A stretch of 64,000 bases of DNA from an uncultured Gammaproteobacteria bacterium (lineage in GTDB: Bacteria; Patescibacteriota; Patescibacteriia; Magasanikbacterales; UBA922). The stretch covers positions 116,686 to 180,685 of the forward strand of contig CAZFTR010000001.1 of the NCBI GenBank assembly GCA_964522405.1, given 5' to 3'. Of the stretch, positions 1-8,932 are shown piece by piece; within the stretch, counting starts at the first letter, position 1; every line of letters begins with the position of its first letter. Position numbers and translations under genes: made by a program. The notes under the pieces are model-generated. The model made no database searches and was not told the DNA's origin. It was given only the letters and a program-made list of their open reading frames with translations.

Positions 1-305
1 CCCGGCATATCCGGGGGTTTATTTTTGAATTTGGGCGTTCGCAGAGCGAGCGCCCGGGTAACCAGTCCGCCATGAACGTCTCGCCCGGTCAGGGGTGAGG
101 AAGTTTCTAGGCGATCCGGGGCTGATGAGGAGTTGCTTGTGCGGGCTGTTTGCCCGACTTGCCGCTCCCCGAGTTGTCGGGGACGCTGAAGGCTGGGGTG
201 CCTTCGCGCACACAGATCGGCTGGCCGCCACCTCGCGGGAACAGTACGTCCCCAAATATGGTGCCGCCAGCAGTATCATCCACTACTACCAGAGAACTCA
301 TGAGC
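1..305 (-). ncRNA. Unassigned GC-rich structured RNA of about 280 nt (terminator runs to the window edge)
   Basis: Lies downstream of a TTGACA-N17-TATACT promoter. Minus-strand hairpins: GGGGACguacuGUUCCC, UCCCCGAcaacUCGGGGA, CGGGCaaacaGCCCG, GGGCGcUCGCucuGCGAaCGCCC. 5' CAUGAGUUCUC can pair with 3' GAGACGUUCAUG. Ends in a CCCGG-AUAUG-CCGGG hairpin. No SD-led ORF. Confidence 0.6.
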
Positions 306-308
306 AAA

Positions 309-337
309 AGTATACATAAAAAAATTCACTTTGTCAA
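309..337 (-). promoter_or_regulatory. sigma70 promoter driving the 1-305 RNA
   Basis: TTGACA (337-332), 17-nt spacer, TATACT (314-309). Confidence 0.75.
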
Positions 338-410
338 TAATAGATCTTGATATTATTTAGTTATTTTGCTAAAGTAAGTACAGTTTTTAAGAATAAATTA
401 AAATGAAAAT

Positions 411-1604
411 ATGCAAATAAGTACTGATCAGGAGAAAATAAATGAATTATTGTCGCGCGGAGTAGAGAATATCTATCCAACCAAAGAATTTTTAGAAGAT
501 CGCCTTGAATCAGGAGAGCAATTGTCACTTTATACTGGTTATGATCCAACTGCACCAACTCTTCATATAGGTCATGGGATTACTCTTCTTAAACTTCGCC
601 AGTTCCAAGACCTAGGCCATAAGATAATCATGTTAATTGGGGATTTTACTGCCATGATAGGAGATCCTACTGACAAAGGCGCTGCCAGACAGAAACTAAC
701 CAAGGATCAAGTAATGGCTAATTGCCAAGAATATCAAAAACAAGCCAGTAGAATTTTGGACTTTGAAGGAGAAAATCCAGCAGAATTGCGCTACAATAGT
801 GAGTGGTTGGCTGATATGAGTTTTGCCGACGTGCTGGAGTTAACTTCTCATTTTACAGTACCTCGTTTACTAGAGCGCGATATGTTTCAAGAGAGAATAA
901 AGCAAGAAAAAACAATTTACTTGCATGAATTTATGTATCCAATTATGCAGGGATATGATTGTGTGGCTATGGATGTTGATGGGGAAGTGGGTGGTAATGA
1001 TCAAACTTTCAATATGCTTGCTGGAAGAACCCTAATGAAAGATCTCAAAGACAAAGAAAAATTTGTTTTAACTTCAAAACTTCTTACTGATAGTTCTGGA
1101 AAGAAAATGGGAAAAACTGAAGGAAATATGATTTCATTTTCAGATTCTCCCCAAGATGTTTTTGGAAAGGTTATGAGTTGGACAGATGAGATGATTGTTG
1201 TTGGGATGGAGCTTTGTACCAGAGTTTCAATGTCAGAAATAGAGGAAATTGAAAAGAAAATGAAAGCTGGAGAAAATCCTAGAGATTTTAAATTGCAGCT
1301 TGCATATCAGATTACTAAAACTTTTTTAGGTGAAGAAGCAGCAGAAAAAGGTAAAACACATTTTGAAAATGTTATCCAAAGCAGTGGTAAACCTGATCAA
1401 ATTCCAGAACTTAAACCAAGCTCAAATGACATTATCACCGTTCTTGTAGAAGCTGGTTTTGCTAGTAGTAAGGGTGATGCCAGAAGAGCGATTGATGGTG
1501 GAGGAGTAAAGATAAATGATCAGAAAATAGACAAACATGATGTGCAAGTCAATTCCGGAGACTTAATACAAAAAGGTAAAAGATTTTTTGTAAAAATCGC
1601 CTAG
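411..1604 (+). CDS. tyrS: Tyrosine--tRNA ligase
   Basis: YTGYDPTAPTLHIGH (HIGH motif), KMGKT (KMSKS-like), YPIMQGYD, C-terminal S4-like domain ending GKRFF. Confidence 0.97.
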   Translation: MQISTDQEKINELLSRGVENIYPTKEFLEDRLESGEQLSLYTGYDPTAPTLHIGHGITLLKLRQFQDLGHKIIMLIGDFTAMIGDPTDKGAARQKLTKDQVMANCQEYQKQASRILDFEGENPAELRYNSEWLADMSFADVLELTSHFTVPRLLERDMFQERIKQEKTIYLHEFMYPIMQGYDCVAMDVDGEVGGNDQTFNMLAGRTLMKDLKDKEKFVLTSKLLTDSSGKKMGKTEGNMISFSDSPQDVFGKVMSWTDEMIVVGMELCTRVSMSEIEEIEKKMKAGENPRDFKLQLAYQITKTFLGEEAAEKGKTHFENVIQSSGKPDQIPELKPSSNDIITVLVEAGFASSKGDARRAIDGGGVKINDQKIDKHDVQVNSGDLIQKGKRFFVKIA

Positions 1605-1608
1605 CTTT

Positions 1609-3336
1609 ATGATTGAAATTGTAAAAAAAGAAATACAAGAATTATTAAAATCAGCAGGAGTAACTGGAGAGCTTGAAATTACTTCCCCACCAAAAAAGGA
1701 AATGGGAGATTTTGCTTTTGGCTGCTTTGCTTTGTCAAAAGAGTATGGGCGACCTGAGGGTCATCCACTTTCAGGGAAAAACCCAGCAGAAATTGCTGCT
1801 GAACTTGCTAAAAAAATTGAGCCCAAGGGACTTATCAGTAGGGTTGAAGCTGTTGGGCCTTATATAAATTTTTATATAAATAGTAGTAAATTTGCAGAAG
1901 AATTATTCAAAGGATTGGATCAGACAACAGAAAAATATGGAAAATCAGACAAAAACGCAGGAAAAAAACTAATGTTTGAATTTGCCCATCCAAATACTCA
2001 CAAAGCATTTCATATTGGACATCTGCGAGGTGTCATAACCGGAGAGAGTATTATTAGAATTTTAGAAAATTCAGGATATCAAGTAGTTCGGACAAATTAT
2101 CAGGGAGATGTGGGTATGCATATAGCCAAATGTTTCTATGGTTTGAGTCAGATGCAAGATGAATATCAATCAGTAAAAGACTTAAGCTTAGAAGAAAAAG
2201 TTTCATTTTTGGGTAAAGCTTATGCACATGGTGGTCAAGCATTTGAGGACAGTGAAGACGCTAAGGCTGAAATTATTTCATACAATGATAAGATTTATTC
2301 GCGAGATTCTTCAATAGAGAAGATGTACAAGACAACCAGAGATTGGAGTTTGGAATATTTTGATAAAATTTACCAAAGATTGGGGACTCATTTCGATAGA
2401 TTGTATTTTGAATCAGAAGTTTATGAAAGGGGGCTTGAGCTGGTAGATCAATTTCTGGAAAAAGGAATTTTCAAAAAGAGTGAAGGCGCTATAATTTTTG
2501 AAGGAAGCAGGCATGGACTTCATGATCGAGTTTTTGTGAACAGCAAGGGATTTCCAACTTATGAGGGAAAAGAAATGGCACTTGCTGAAATGCAGCTTAG
2601 TGAATATAAAATAGACAAAGTAGTTCATCTAACTGGAAAAGAACAAGCTGATTATTTCAAAGTGGTTATAAAAGCAATAGAAAGTATTTTTCCTGATTCA
2701 GTAGGAAAAGAAGAACATATTACTTATGGATGGGTTAGACTAAAACATGGGAAAATGAGTTCAAGAACCGGCCAAGTGGTTCTAGGAGAGTGGCTACTCG
2801 ATGAAATTGAAAAAAAGATTGAAGAAACCATGAAAGATCGGCAAATAAAAGACAAAGAAGATTTGCTTAGAAAAATCGGAGTGGCTGCAACAAAATATTC
2901 AATGCTCAAAACCGGAGTTCAGAGCGATATTGCTTTTGATATAGATGAAACAGTTAGTACCACAGGAGATAGTGGTCCTTATCTCTTGTATATAATCACC
3001 AGAATCAAAAGTATTCTAAAAAAGGCAAATCTTGAATCTGATTTTGAATATCCACCTCAGCAAGAAATTAAAAAAGAAGAAAAACAATTATTACTTGATC
3101 TTGCCAAATTTCCAGAAATAGTCCTAGAATCTGCACAAGATTATGATCCATCACAAATTGCCAGGTATTTATTTGGATTGGCACAGGATTTTAATGCTTT
3201 TTATCAAGAATGTTCAGTGGTAAATGCAGAAACAGAAGAAATCAAAAAAGCTCGAGTCAAACTTATCCAAGCAGTGGAGATGATTATGGAGAGAGGTCTG
3301 TTCTTGCTTGGTATTGAGCATGTGGAGGAGATGTAG
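1609..3336 (+). CDS. argS: Arginine--tRNA ligase
   Basis: EFAHPNTHKAFHIGHLR, KMSSRTG, GDSGPYLLY, DALR-type C-terminus ending EEM. Confidence 0.96.
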   Translation: MIEIVKKEIQELLKSAGVTGELEITSPPKKEMGDFAFGCFALSKEYGRPEGHPLSGKNPAEIAAELAKKIEPKGLISRVEAVGPYINFYINSSKFAEELFKGLDQTTEKYGKSDKNAGKKLMFEFAHPNTHKAFHIGHLRGVITGESIIRILENSGYQVVRTNYQGDVGMHIAKCFYGLSQMQDEYQSVKDLSLEEKVSFLGKAYAHGGQAFEDSEDAKAEIISYNDKIYSRDSSIEKMYKTTRDWSLEYFDKIYQRLGTHFDRLYFESEVYERGLELVDQFLEKGIFKKSEGAIIFEGSRHGLHDRVFVNSKGFPTYEGKEMALAEMQLSEYKIDKVVHLTGKEQADYFKVVIKAIESIFPDSVGKEEHITYGWVRLKHGKMSSRTGQVVLGEWLLDEIEKKIEETMKDRQIKDKEDLLRKIGVAATKYSMLKTGVQSDIAFDIDETVSTTGDSGPYLLYIITRIKSILKKANLESDFEYPPQQEIKKEEKQLLLDLAKFPEIVLESAQDYDPSQIARYLFGLAQDFNAFYQECSVVNAETEEIKKARVKLIQAVEMIMERGLFLLGIEHVEEM

Positions 3337-3356
3337 AAGGAGTTATTATTTATATT

Positions 3357-4394
3357 ATGAGTACAAGTAGGAAAATCAATAGTGAATCTTTTTTTGAATT
3401 GGATACTTTTTCAGAAAGATGTAAATTTTTATTAAACTACGCAGTATTAGCTCCATCAACCCACAATAGCCAACCATGGCTATTTAAAATTACAGATAAT
3501 TCTTGCAAAATTTACTATGATCCATCAAAAGCTCTTGAATATGCAGACCCAATCAAAAGAGATCTGTTTATAAGCATTGGTTGTTGTGTTGAAAATTTTT
3601 TAATATCTGCAAAATATTTTAAAATGTTTGATGGTCTAAATTATGATTTTCAAAATGATGATAATTTAGTGGTAGAAATATTTCTAAAAGAAAATAATCA
3701 AAATCTAGTAGACGATAATTACTTAGAATTATTAGAGGCGATACAAAATAGATATAATGCCAGAGGATTTTTTGATAAAAGTTCTCTAGGTTTGGAAGAG
3801 ATTGAAAGTTTAACTGACAAAGCAAGTTCGCAAGTAGATCTACCTAAACAAATTGAGATTACTTGTCTTTCAGAGCAGGGGAAAATAGCTGATATAGCAG
3901 ACTTAACAGCAGAAGGGATAAAAATAGCTAATAACAATATTAATTTCAGAAAAGAATTCAATAATTGGTTTCATTCAAGCTATACAAAGAAAAAATATGG
4001 AATTCCCGGATTTGCAGTAAATATGCCTGGAGTTTTATCTCTTTTTATTCCAACTTTGGCCAAGTTTTTTAATCTGGGAAAAATTTTAGCAAAATTAAAT
4101 AGTAAAAGTATAGAATCATCACAATATATTTTTGTCTTTAGCTCAAAGCAAAGTGGGAAATCAGATTGGTTAAGTGTTGGTATGGTTTGTCAGAGATTAA
4201 TGCTGGAATTAGTTTCAAAAGGATTGCAAAATTCAATTTTTGCTGCATCAATTGAAATGGGTAACTTAAATAAAAAACTCAAAGAAATCATAAGTCTGAA
4301 TACTGAACCACATTTTTTATTTGTTTCAGGTTTGATCAAGAATGCAAAAAGATTTACTCCACGATATCAAGTTGAAAATAAAATAATTAAATAG
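3357..4394 (+). CDS. Acg-type nitroreductase-fold flavoprotein
   Basis: AVLAPSTHNSQPWLF and DPIKRDLFISIGC motifs of Acg/nitroreductase-like proteins. Confidence 0.8.
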   Translation: MSTSRKINSESFFELDTFSERCKFLLNYAVLAPSTHNSQPWLFKITDNSCKIYYDPSKALEYADPIKRDLFISIGCCVENFLISAKYFKMFDGLNYDFQNDDNLVVEIFLKENNQNLVDDNYLELLEAIQNRYNARGFFDKSSLGLEEIESLTDKASSQVDLPKQIEITCLSEQGKIADIADLTAEGIKIANNNINFRKEFNNWFHSSYTKKKYGIPGFAVNMPGVLSLFIPTLAKFFNLGKILAKLNSKSIESSQYIFVFSSKQSGKSDWLSVGMVCQRLMLELVSKGLQNSIFAASIEMGNLNKKLKEIISLNTEPHFLFVSGLIKNAKRFTPRYQVENKIIK

Positions 4395-4398
4395 AAAT

Positions 4399-5466
4399 AT
4401 GCCAATGATCCAGTTAGGAGAAGATTATTTAAAAAGATTCAAAGAGTTTGATTCACATAGTTCAGTCTTTAAAATTGATGAACCAAAATATGGATTCAAA
4501 GCCTTTATAGCCATTCATCGAGAGAAGAAAAATATCCCAGCATTTGGCGCAACTCGATATCGTTCTTATAAGACTGAAGAAGATGCAATTGCCAATGTTT
4601 TGAATTTATCTAAACTCATGTCTTATAAATCTGCTTTTGCTAGCTTTCCATTTACAGGTGGGAAAGCAGTAATTGTTCCAGAGGATGGCATTAAAGAAGA
4701 TAAAAAAGAGTTGATTTTTTCTGTTTATGCAGACTATTTAAATCAATTAAATAGGAGATTTGTAACAGGATCAGATATAGGAGTAAGTAAAAAAGATGTA
4801 GAAATAATGCGTAGGCAATCTGATTTTATAGTTGGCTTAACAGTTTTTCCTGCTCTTTATACTGCAATTAGTGTGTACCAGTCTATTGAAGTTGCTCTCA
4901 AAGATGTTTTTGGGTCTGCAGATATCAAGGGTAAAACCATAGCTATTCAGGGTCTTGGAAAAACCGGTTTTTGGATTATGGAGAAATTAGCCAATGCCGG
5001 GGCAAATTTGATAGTCAGTGATTTTAACCAAGATATTTTAGACAAAGTTAAAAATGATTTTAAAAATGTTTCAGTAGTTGATCCTGATAAAATCATTGAG
5101 CAAGAAGTCGATATATTTTGTCCCTGTGCTATTGGCGGAGTTATAAATAATCAAATAATTGATAAATTAAAATCTAAAATCATTGTAGGTAGTGCAAACC
5201 TTCAATTAGAAGATGATTCTGTTGATGAGATTCTCTATCAAAAAGGAATTACTTATATACCAGATTATATTGCAAATGCCGGAGGATTAATCTCAGTTGT
5301 CGATGAATACCAAAATGGTCTTGGCGAAGAGAGTCGAATAATCAAAAAGATTTATCAAAATACAGATAAATTATCTGAGGCCATAAAAAAGAGTAAAATT
5401 AACAAAGTTTCAATTTTGAAAAGCTCAAAAGAAATCACTTTTGAAAATTATGAATTAAATTCTTAG
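4399..5466 (+). CDS. Glu/Leu/Phe/Val dehydrogenase family (leucine dehydrogenase-like)
   Basis: GATR, MSYK, GGKAVI, QGLGKTG Rossmann motif, PCAIGG, PDYIANAGGLI. Confidence 0.88.
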   Translation: MPMIQLGEDYLKRFKEFDSHSSVFKIDEPKYGFKAFIAIHREKKNIPAFGATRYRSYKTEEDAIANVLNLSKLMSYKSAFASFPFTGGKAVIVPEDGIKEDKKELIFSVYADYLNQLNRRFVTGSDIGVSKKDVEIMRRQSDFIVGLTVFPALYTAISVYQSIEVALKDVFGSADIKGKTIAIQGLGKTGFWIMEKLANAGANLIVSDFNQDILDKVKNDFKNVSVVDPDKIIEQEVDIFCPCAIGGVINNQIIDKLKSKIIVGSANLQLEDDSVDEILYQKGITYIPDYIANAGGLISVVDEYQNGLGEESRIIKKIYQNTDKLSEAIKKSKINKVSILKSSKEITFENYELNS

Positions 5467-5469
5467 TAT

Positions 5470-6966
5470 ATGGATATAATAAATATCCAAAAAAAATTGA
5501 GAAGAGAAGATCAGCAAAGCTGGAAAAGAGCTGGTGAAAAAAAAGTTTTAGAATTATTTCATGCCATGTCTGAAAGAGTTCCAGCTTATAGAGATTTTCT
5601 GCAAAAAAATCAGATCAAGTATCAATCAATAAACAGAATAGAGGATTTAAATAAAATCCCAACTATTGATAAGGATAATTATCTTAGAAGATACCCATTA
5701 AAAGATCTGTGTTGGGATGGCATTTTTGATAAGGGTCAATATACAATATCTTCCACTTCCGGATCAACAGGCAAAGCTTTTTATTTTCCAAGAACAAGTA
5801 AGCAGGTTGAAGACTATGCATTGCTTGCTGAGTTGTATCTTTTAGAAAATTTTGAAATTGACAAAAAAACAACTCTTTATATAAATGCTTTTCCTATGGG
5901 ACCTTGGATTGGTGGAGTTTTTACTTATGAAGCTGTGCGATTAGTTGCTGAAAGAGGAAAATATCCTATTAGTATTATCACTCCAGGTATAAATAAAAAG
6001 GAAATATTAAATGAAATAAAGGAATTTGGAAATCAATTTGAGCAGATTCTAATTGGAAGCTATGGTCCGTTTCTAAAAGACATGATTGATGAGGGGATTG
6101 AGCAAGGAATGGACTTTGGTCAGTATAATTTTGGCTGTATTTTTTCAGCAGAAGGTTTTACAGAAGGTTTTAGAGATTATGTTATTGAAAAACTCAGTCT
6201 AAAAGACAAGTATAAAATGACTTTGAATCATTATGGAACTGTTGATCTCGGAACAATGGCTCATGAAACTCCAATAAGTATTCTGATTAGAAGGCTGGCA
6301 ATAAAAAACAGTAGTCTTTACCAGGAATTATTTGGCAATATACATAAGCTACCAACACTTTGCCAATACATGCCTGATTTGTTTTATTTTGAGAGTATTG
6401 ATAATAGATTGATTTGTAGTGCTGACAGTGGAATTCCTCTTTTGAGATATGATCTAAAGGATCATGGAGGTATTTTTACTATAGAAAATCTAGAAAAAAA
6501 ATTTAAAAAGTTTGGCCTTGATCTATATCAGGAAATGGAAGAAGTTGGATTACAAGATTCTCTATGGAATTTACCTTTTGTCTACGTCTATGAGCGAAGT
6601 GATTTTTCTGTTAGTTTGTATGCATTTCAGATTTATCCGGAAACATTGAAGCGAGCTCTACAAAATCATGATTTGCATGAACAGATTACAGGTAAATTTC
6701 ATATGTTGGTCAAATATGATCAAGAACAAAATCAATTTCTTGAAATAAATATTGAATTGAAAAAAAACCAAAAAGAGACAGATCAGCTCCGGGAAAAAAT
6801 AGAAGGTTTTATTATTGACGCCCTTTTGAAAGAAGTTTCTGAATTTGCAGAAACCTATAAGCATAATCCTCAAAAAATGAAGCCAAGTATAGTTTTTTGG
6901 CCCTATGAGGATCAGAAATATTTTAAATCAGGTATTAAGCAAAAATGGAGTAGTAAAATAAATTAA
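5470..6966 (+). CDS. Phenylacetate-CoA ligase-like (PaaK/F390 synthetase-type) adenylate-forming enzyme
   Basis: VPAYRDF, SSTSGSTG AMP-binding loop, HYGTVD, PLLRYDLKD. Confidence 0.85.
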   Translation: MDIINIQKKLRREDQQSWKRAGEKKVLELFHAMSERVPAYRDFLQKNQIKYQSINRIEDLNKIPTIDKDNYLRRYPLKDLCWDGIFDKGQYTISSTSGSTGKAFYFPRTSKQVEDYALLAELYLLENFEIDKKTTLYINAFPMGPWIGGVFTYEAVRLVAERGKYPISIITPGINKKEILNEIKEFGNQFEQILIGSYGPFLKDMIDEGIEQGMDFGQYNFGCIFSAEGFTEGFRDYVIEKLSLKDKYKMTLNHYGTVDLGTMAHETPISILIRRLAIKNSSLYQELFGNIHKLPTLCQYMPDLFYFESIDNRLICSADSGIPLLRYDLKDHGGIFTIENLEKKFKKFGLDLYQEMEEVGLQDSLWNLPFVYVYERSDFSVSLYAFQIYPETLKRALQNHDLHEQITGKFHMLVKYDQEQNQFLEINIELKKNQKETDQLREKIEGFIIDALLKEVSEFAETYKHNPQKMKPSIVFWPYEDQKYFKSGIKQKWSSKIN

Positions 6967-6967
6967 T

Positions 6968-8047
6968 ATGGAAAATTTCACCAAACCTCTAATTTTCAAG
7001 GAAGGTTCTTACTCAAAGCAAGATATAGAGGGTTTTCATAAGAATCAGAAAATAAATAAAATTATTGATATTTATCAGGAACAGATAAGAGAGTTGTTTG
7101 AAATCAATAATCCAGGTCTAATCGGCTCAGATCAGTTTGATTTTAAACTTAAGGAATTTTCTGATTCCAAGATCGGCTCAGAGCAAATTCTGGCAGGTAA
7201 TTGGGTTTTTTTCCCTTGGAATGGTAATTTTGTCCATATGGTGGTCGAGGAGGATTATTTTTCTCTTAGGACAAATAGAAATAAAAACCTAATAACAAAA
7301 GAAGAACAATTAGCTTTATCAGAATTTACAGTAGGTTTTGTTGGTCTTTCAGTTGGCTCAGATATGGCTATAAATATGACTTATTCTGGTATAAGTAATT
7401 CCATGAAATTGGCTGAATTTGACACTCTTGAAACCACAAATTTGAATCGGCTTAGAGCAAGAGTTGATCAAATCGGCGGTAAGAAAATTGATATTACTAT
7501 GGAGAAAATTTATCAGGTTAATCCCTATGCTAATTTGATAGATTTTTCTCAAGGTATAAATAAGGAAAATTTAGATTTATTTATAAAGGGAAAAAAGAAT
7601 TTAGATTTAATTTTTGAGATTATTGATGATTTTGAAATGAAAGTACTTTTGAGAATAGCAGCCAAACAAGCAAAAATACCAATTATAATGCTAACCAATT
7701 TGGGGGATAATGTACTTATTGATATAGAGAGATATGATTTGGATCAGGAATTAAAGCCTTTCAATGGTAGGGCAGATCATGTGGTTGATCTGGTAAAATC
7801 AGGTTCCTTGACCAAGGAAGAGGTTCATAAGTATGCCATAGAAATTGTTGGAAAGGAAAATGTGCCGGAAAAAGCCCAAGATTCAGTAAAAGAAATAGGT
7901 AATACTCTGGTTGGTAGACCGCAACTTATGAGTACGGTAAGTATTTCAGGTGGTTTGGCTTCTTTTCTTTCTCGCAAGATTGCGCTTGGTAACAGTTTGC
8001 CAAGTGGTAGATATAAGTTTTCAATTGAGAATATAATTCAAAATTAG
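6968..8047 (+). CDS. ThiF-family adenylyltransferase (Rv1355c-like)
   Basis: WVFFPW, RTNRNKNLITKEEQ, VGLSVG, AEFDTLETTNLNR, GRPQL, SGRY. Confidence 0.85.
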   Translation: MENFTKPLIFKEGSYSKQDIEGFHKNQKINKIIDIYQEQIRELFEINNPGLIGSDQFDFKLKEFSDSKIGSEQILAGNWVFFPWNGNFVHMVVEEDYFSLRTNRNKNLITKEEQLALSEFTVGFVGLSVGSDMAINMTYSGISNSMKLAEFDTLETTNLNRLRARVDQIGGKKIDITMEKIYQVNPYANLIDFSQGINKENLDLFIKGKKNLDLIFEIIDDFEMKVLLRIAAKQAKIPIIMLTNLGDNVLIDIERYDLDQELKPFNGRADHVVDLVKSGSLTKEEVHKYAIEIVGKENVPEKAQDSVKEIGNTLVGRPQLMSTVSISGGLASFLSRKIALGNSLPSGRYKFSIENIIQN

Positions 8048-8052
8048 ATTCT

Positions 8053-8931
8053 ATGAATGCTGAGGATAGTTTGCTAAATTCAATTGCAGCAGAATTGGTT
8101 ATTGATTCAATTGTTGTTGATGACAAAAAAATTAATTTTGTAGTTGCTGGGCATGGTCCTGATTTACTGCTTTTGCATGGGGCTAATATTGGTTGGGGAC
8201 AATGGTATAAAAATATAGCTGTTTTTTCAAAAAAATTTAGAGTTTATGCTATTGATTTGCCAGGCTCAGTAGGTTCTTCTCCTGTAAACTACTCAGATTT
8301 TGATCTAAATAGAGATTTGCTGGAAATAGTGGAGAAATTTATACTTGAAAAAAAACTAAAAAAACCAGTGATTGTAGGCCATTCAATAGGTGCCTGGATA
8401 GCCGCTTCAATTGCAGTTAGAGGTAAAATAGATCTTAAATCATTAGTTCTGGCACATCCTATAGGATTTTCTAAAAAAACCCCAATTAAGCAAATTCCAC
8501 TTTCAATAAAATTTATAGCAAAGTTTATCTCTAAGTTTCTGTTTAAACCTACCAAAATCAATCTAGAAAAATTTATAAGAAGTGAAATTAAACAAAAAAA
8601 ATCAATTGATCCTATTTTTGTTGATTATTATTTTGAATCAGTTAATAAAAATGAGTTATCGCATCCTTTTTTATTTATAAGTTCTCTGATGAAGCCTTTT
8701 AGGTTAAACAAACAGCTAAATTTAGTTGATGATCTTCAGAAAATAAAAAAACCAACACTAATTTTGTTTGGAAAAGATGACAAATTGGTAAAACCAAGAT
8801 ATAATTATAGCAATGCTAGTAAAATTCCCAATTCTAAGATAAAAGTTTTTGATTCTGTAGGTCATGTTTCTCCAATAGAGGCTGCAGAAGAATTTAATCG
8901 CATAGTTTTAAATTTTGCCATGCAAAGTTAA
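8053..8931 (+). CDS. Alpha/beta-fold hydrolase
   Basis: LLHG, IDLPG, GHSIG nucleophile elbow, C-terminal GH. Confidence 0.88.
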   Translation: MNAEDSLLNSIAAELVIDSIVVDDKKINFVVAGHGPDLLLLHGANIGWGQWYKNIAVFSKKFRVYAIDLPGSVGSSPVNYSDFDLNRDLLEIVEKFILEKKLKKPVIVGHSIGAWIAASIAVRGKIDLKSLVLAHPIGFSKKTPIKQIPLSIKFIAKFISKFLFKPTKINLEKFIRSEIKQKKSIDPIFVDYYFESVNKNELSHPFLFISSLMKPFRLNKQLNLVDDLQKIKKPTLILFGKDDKLVKPRYNYSNASKIPNSKIKVFDSVGHVSPIEAAEEFNRIVLNFAMQS

Positions 8932-8932
8932 C

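Noticed and set aside
1-410. T-box leader for tyrS
   Set aside because: No T-box consensus or antiterminator on the + strand; promoter and G-U pair polarity indicate the opposite strand.
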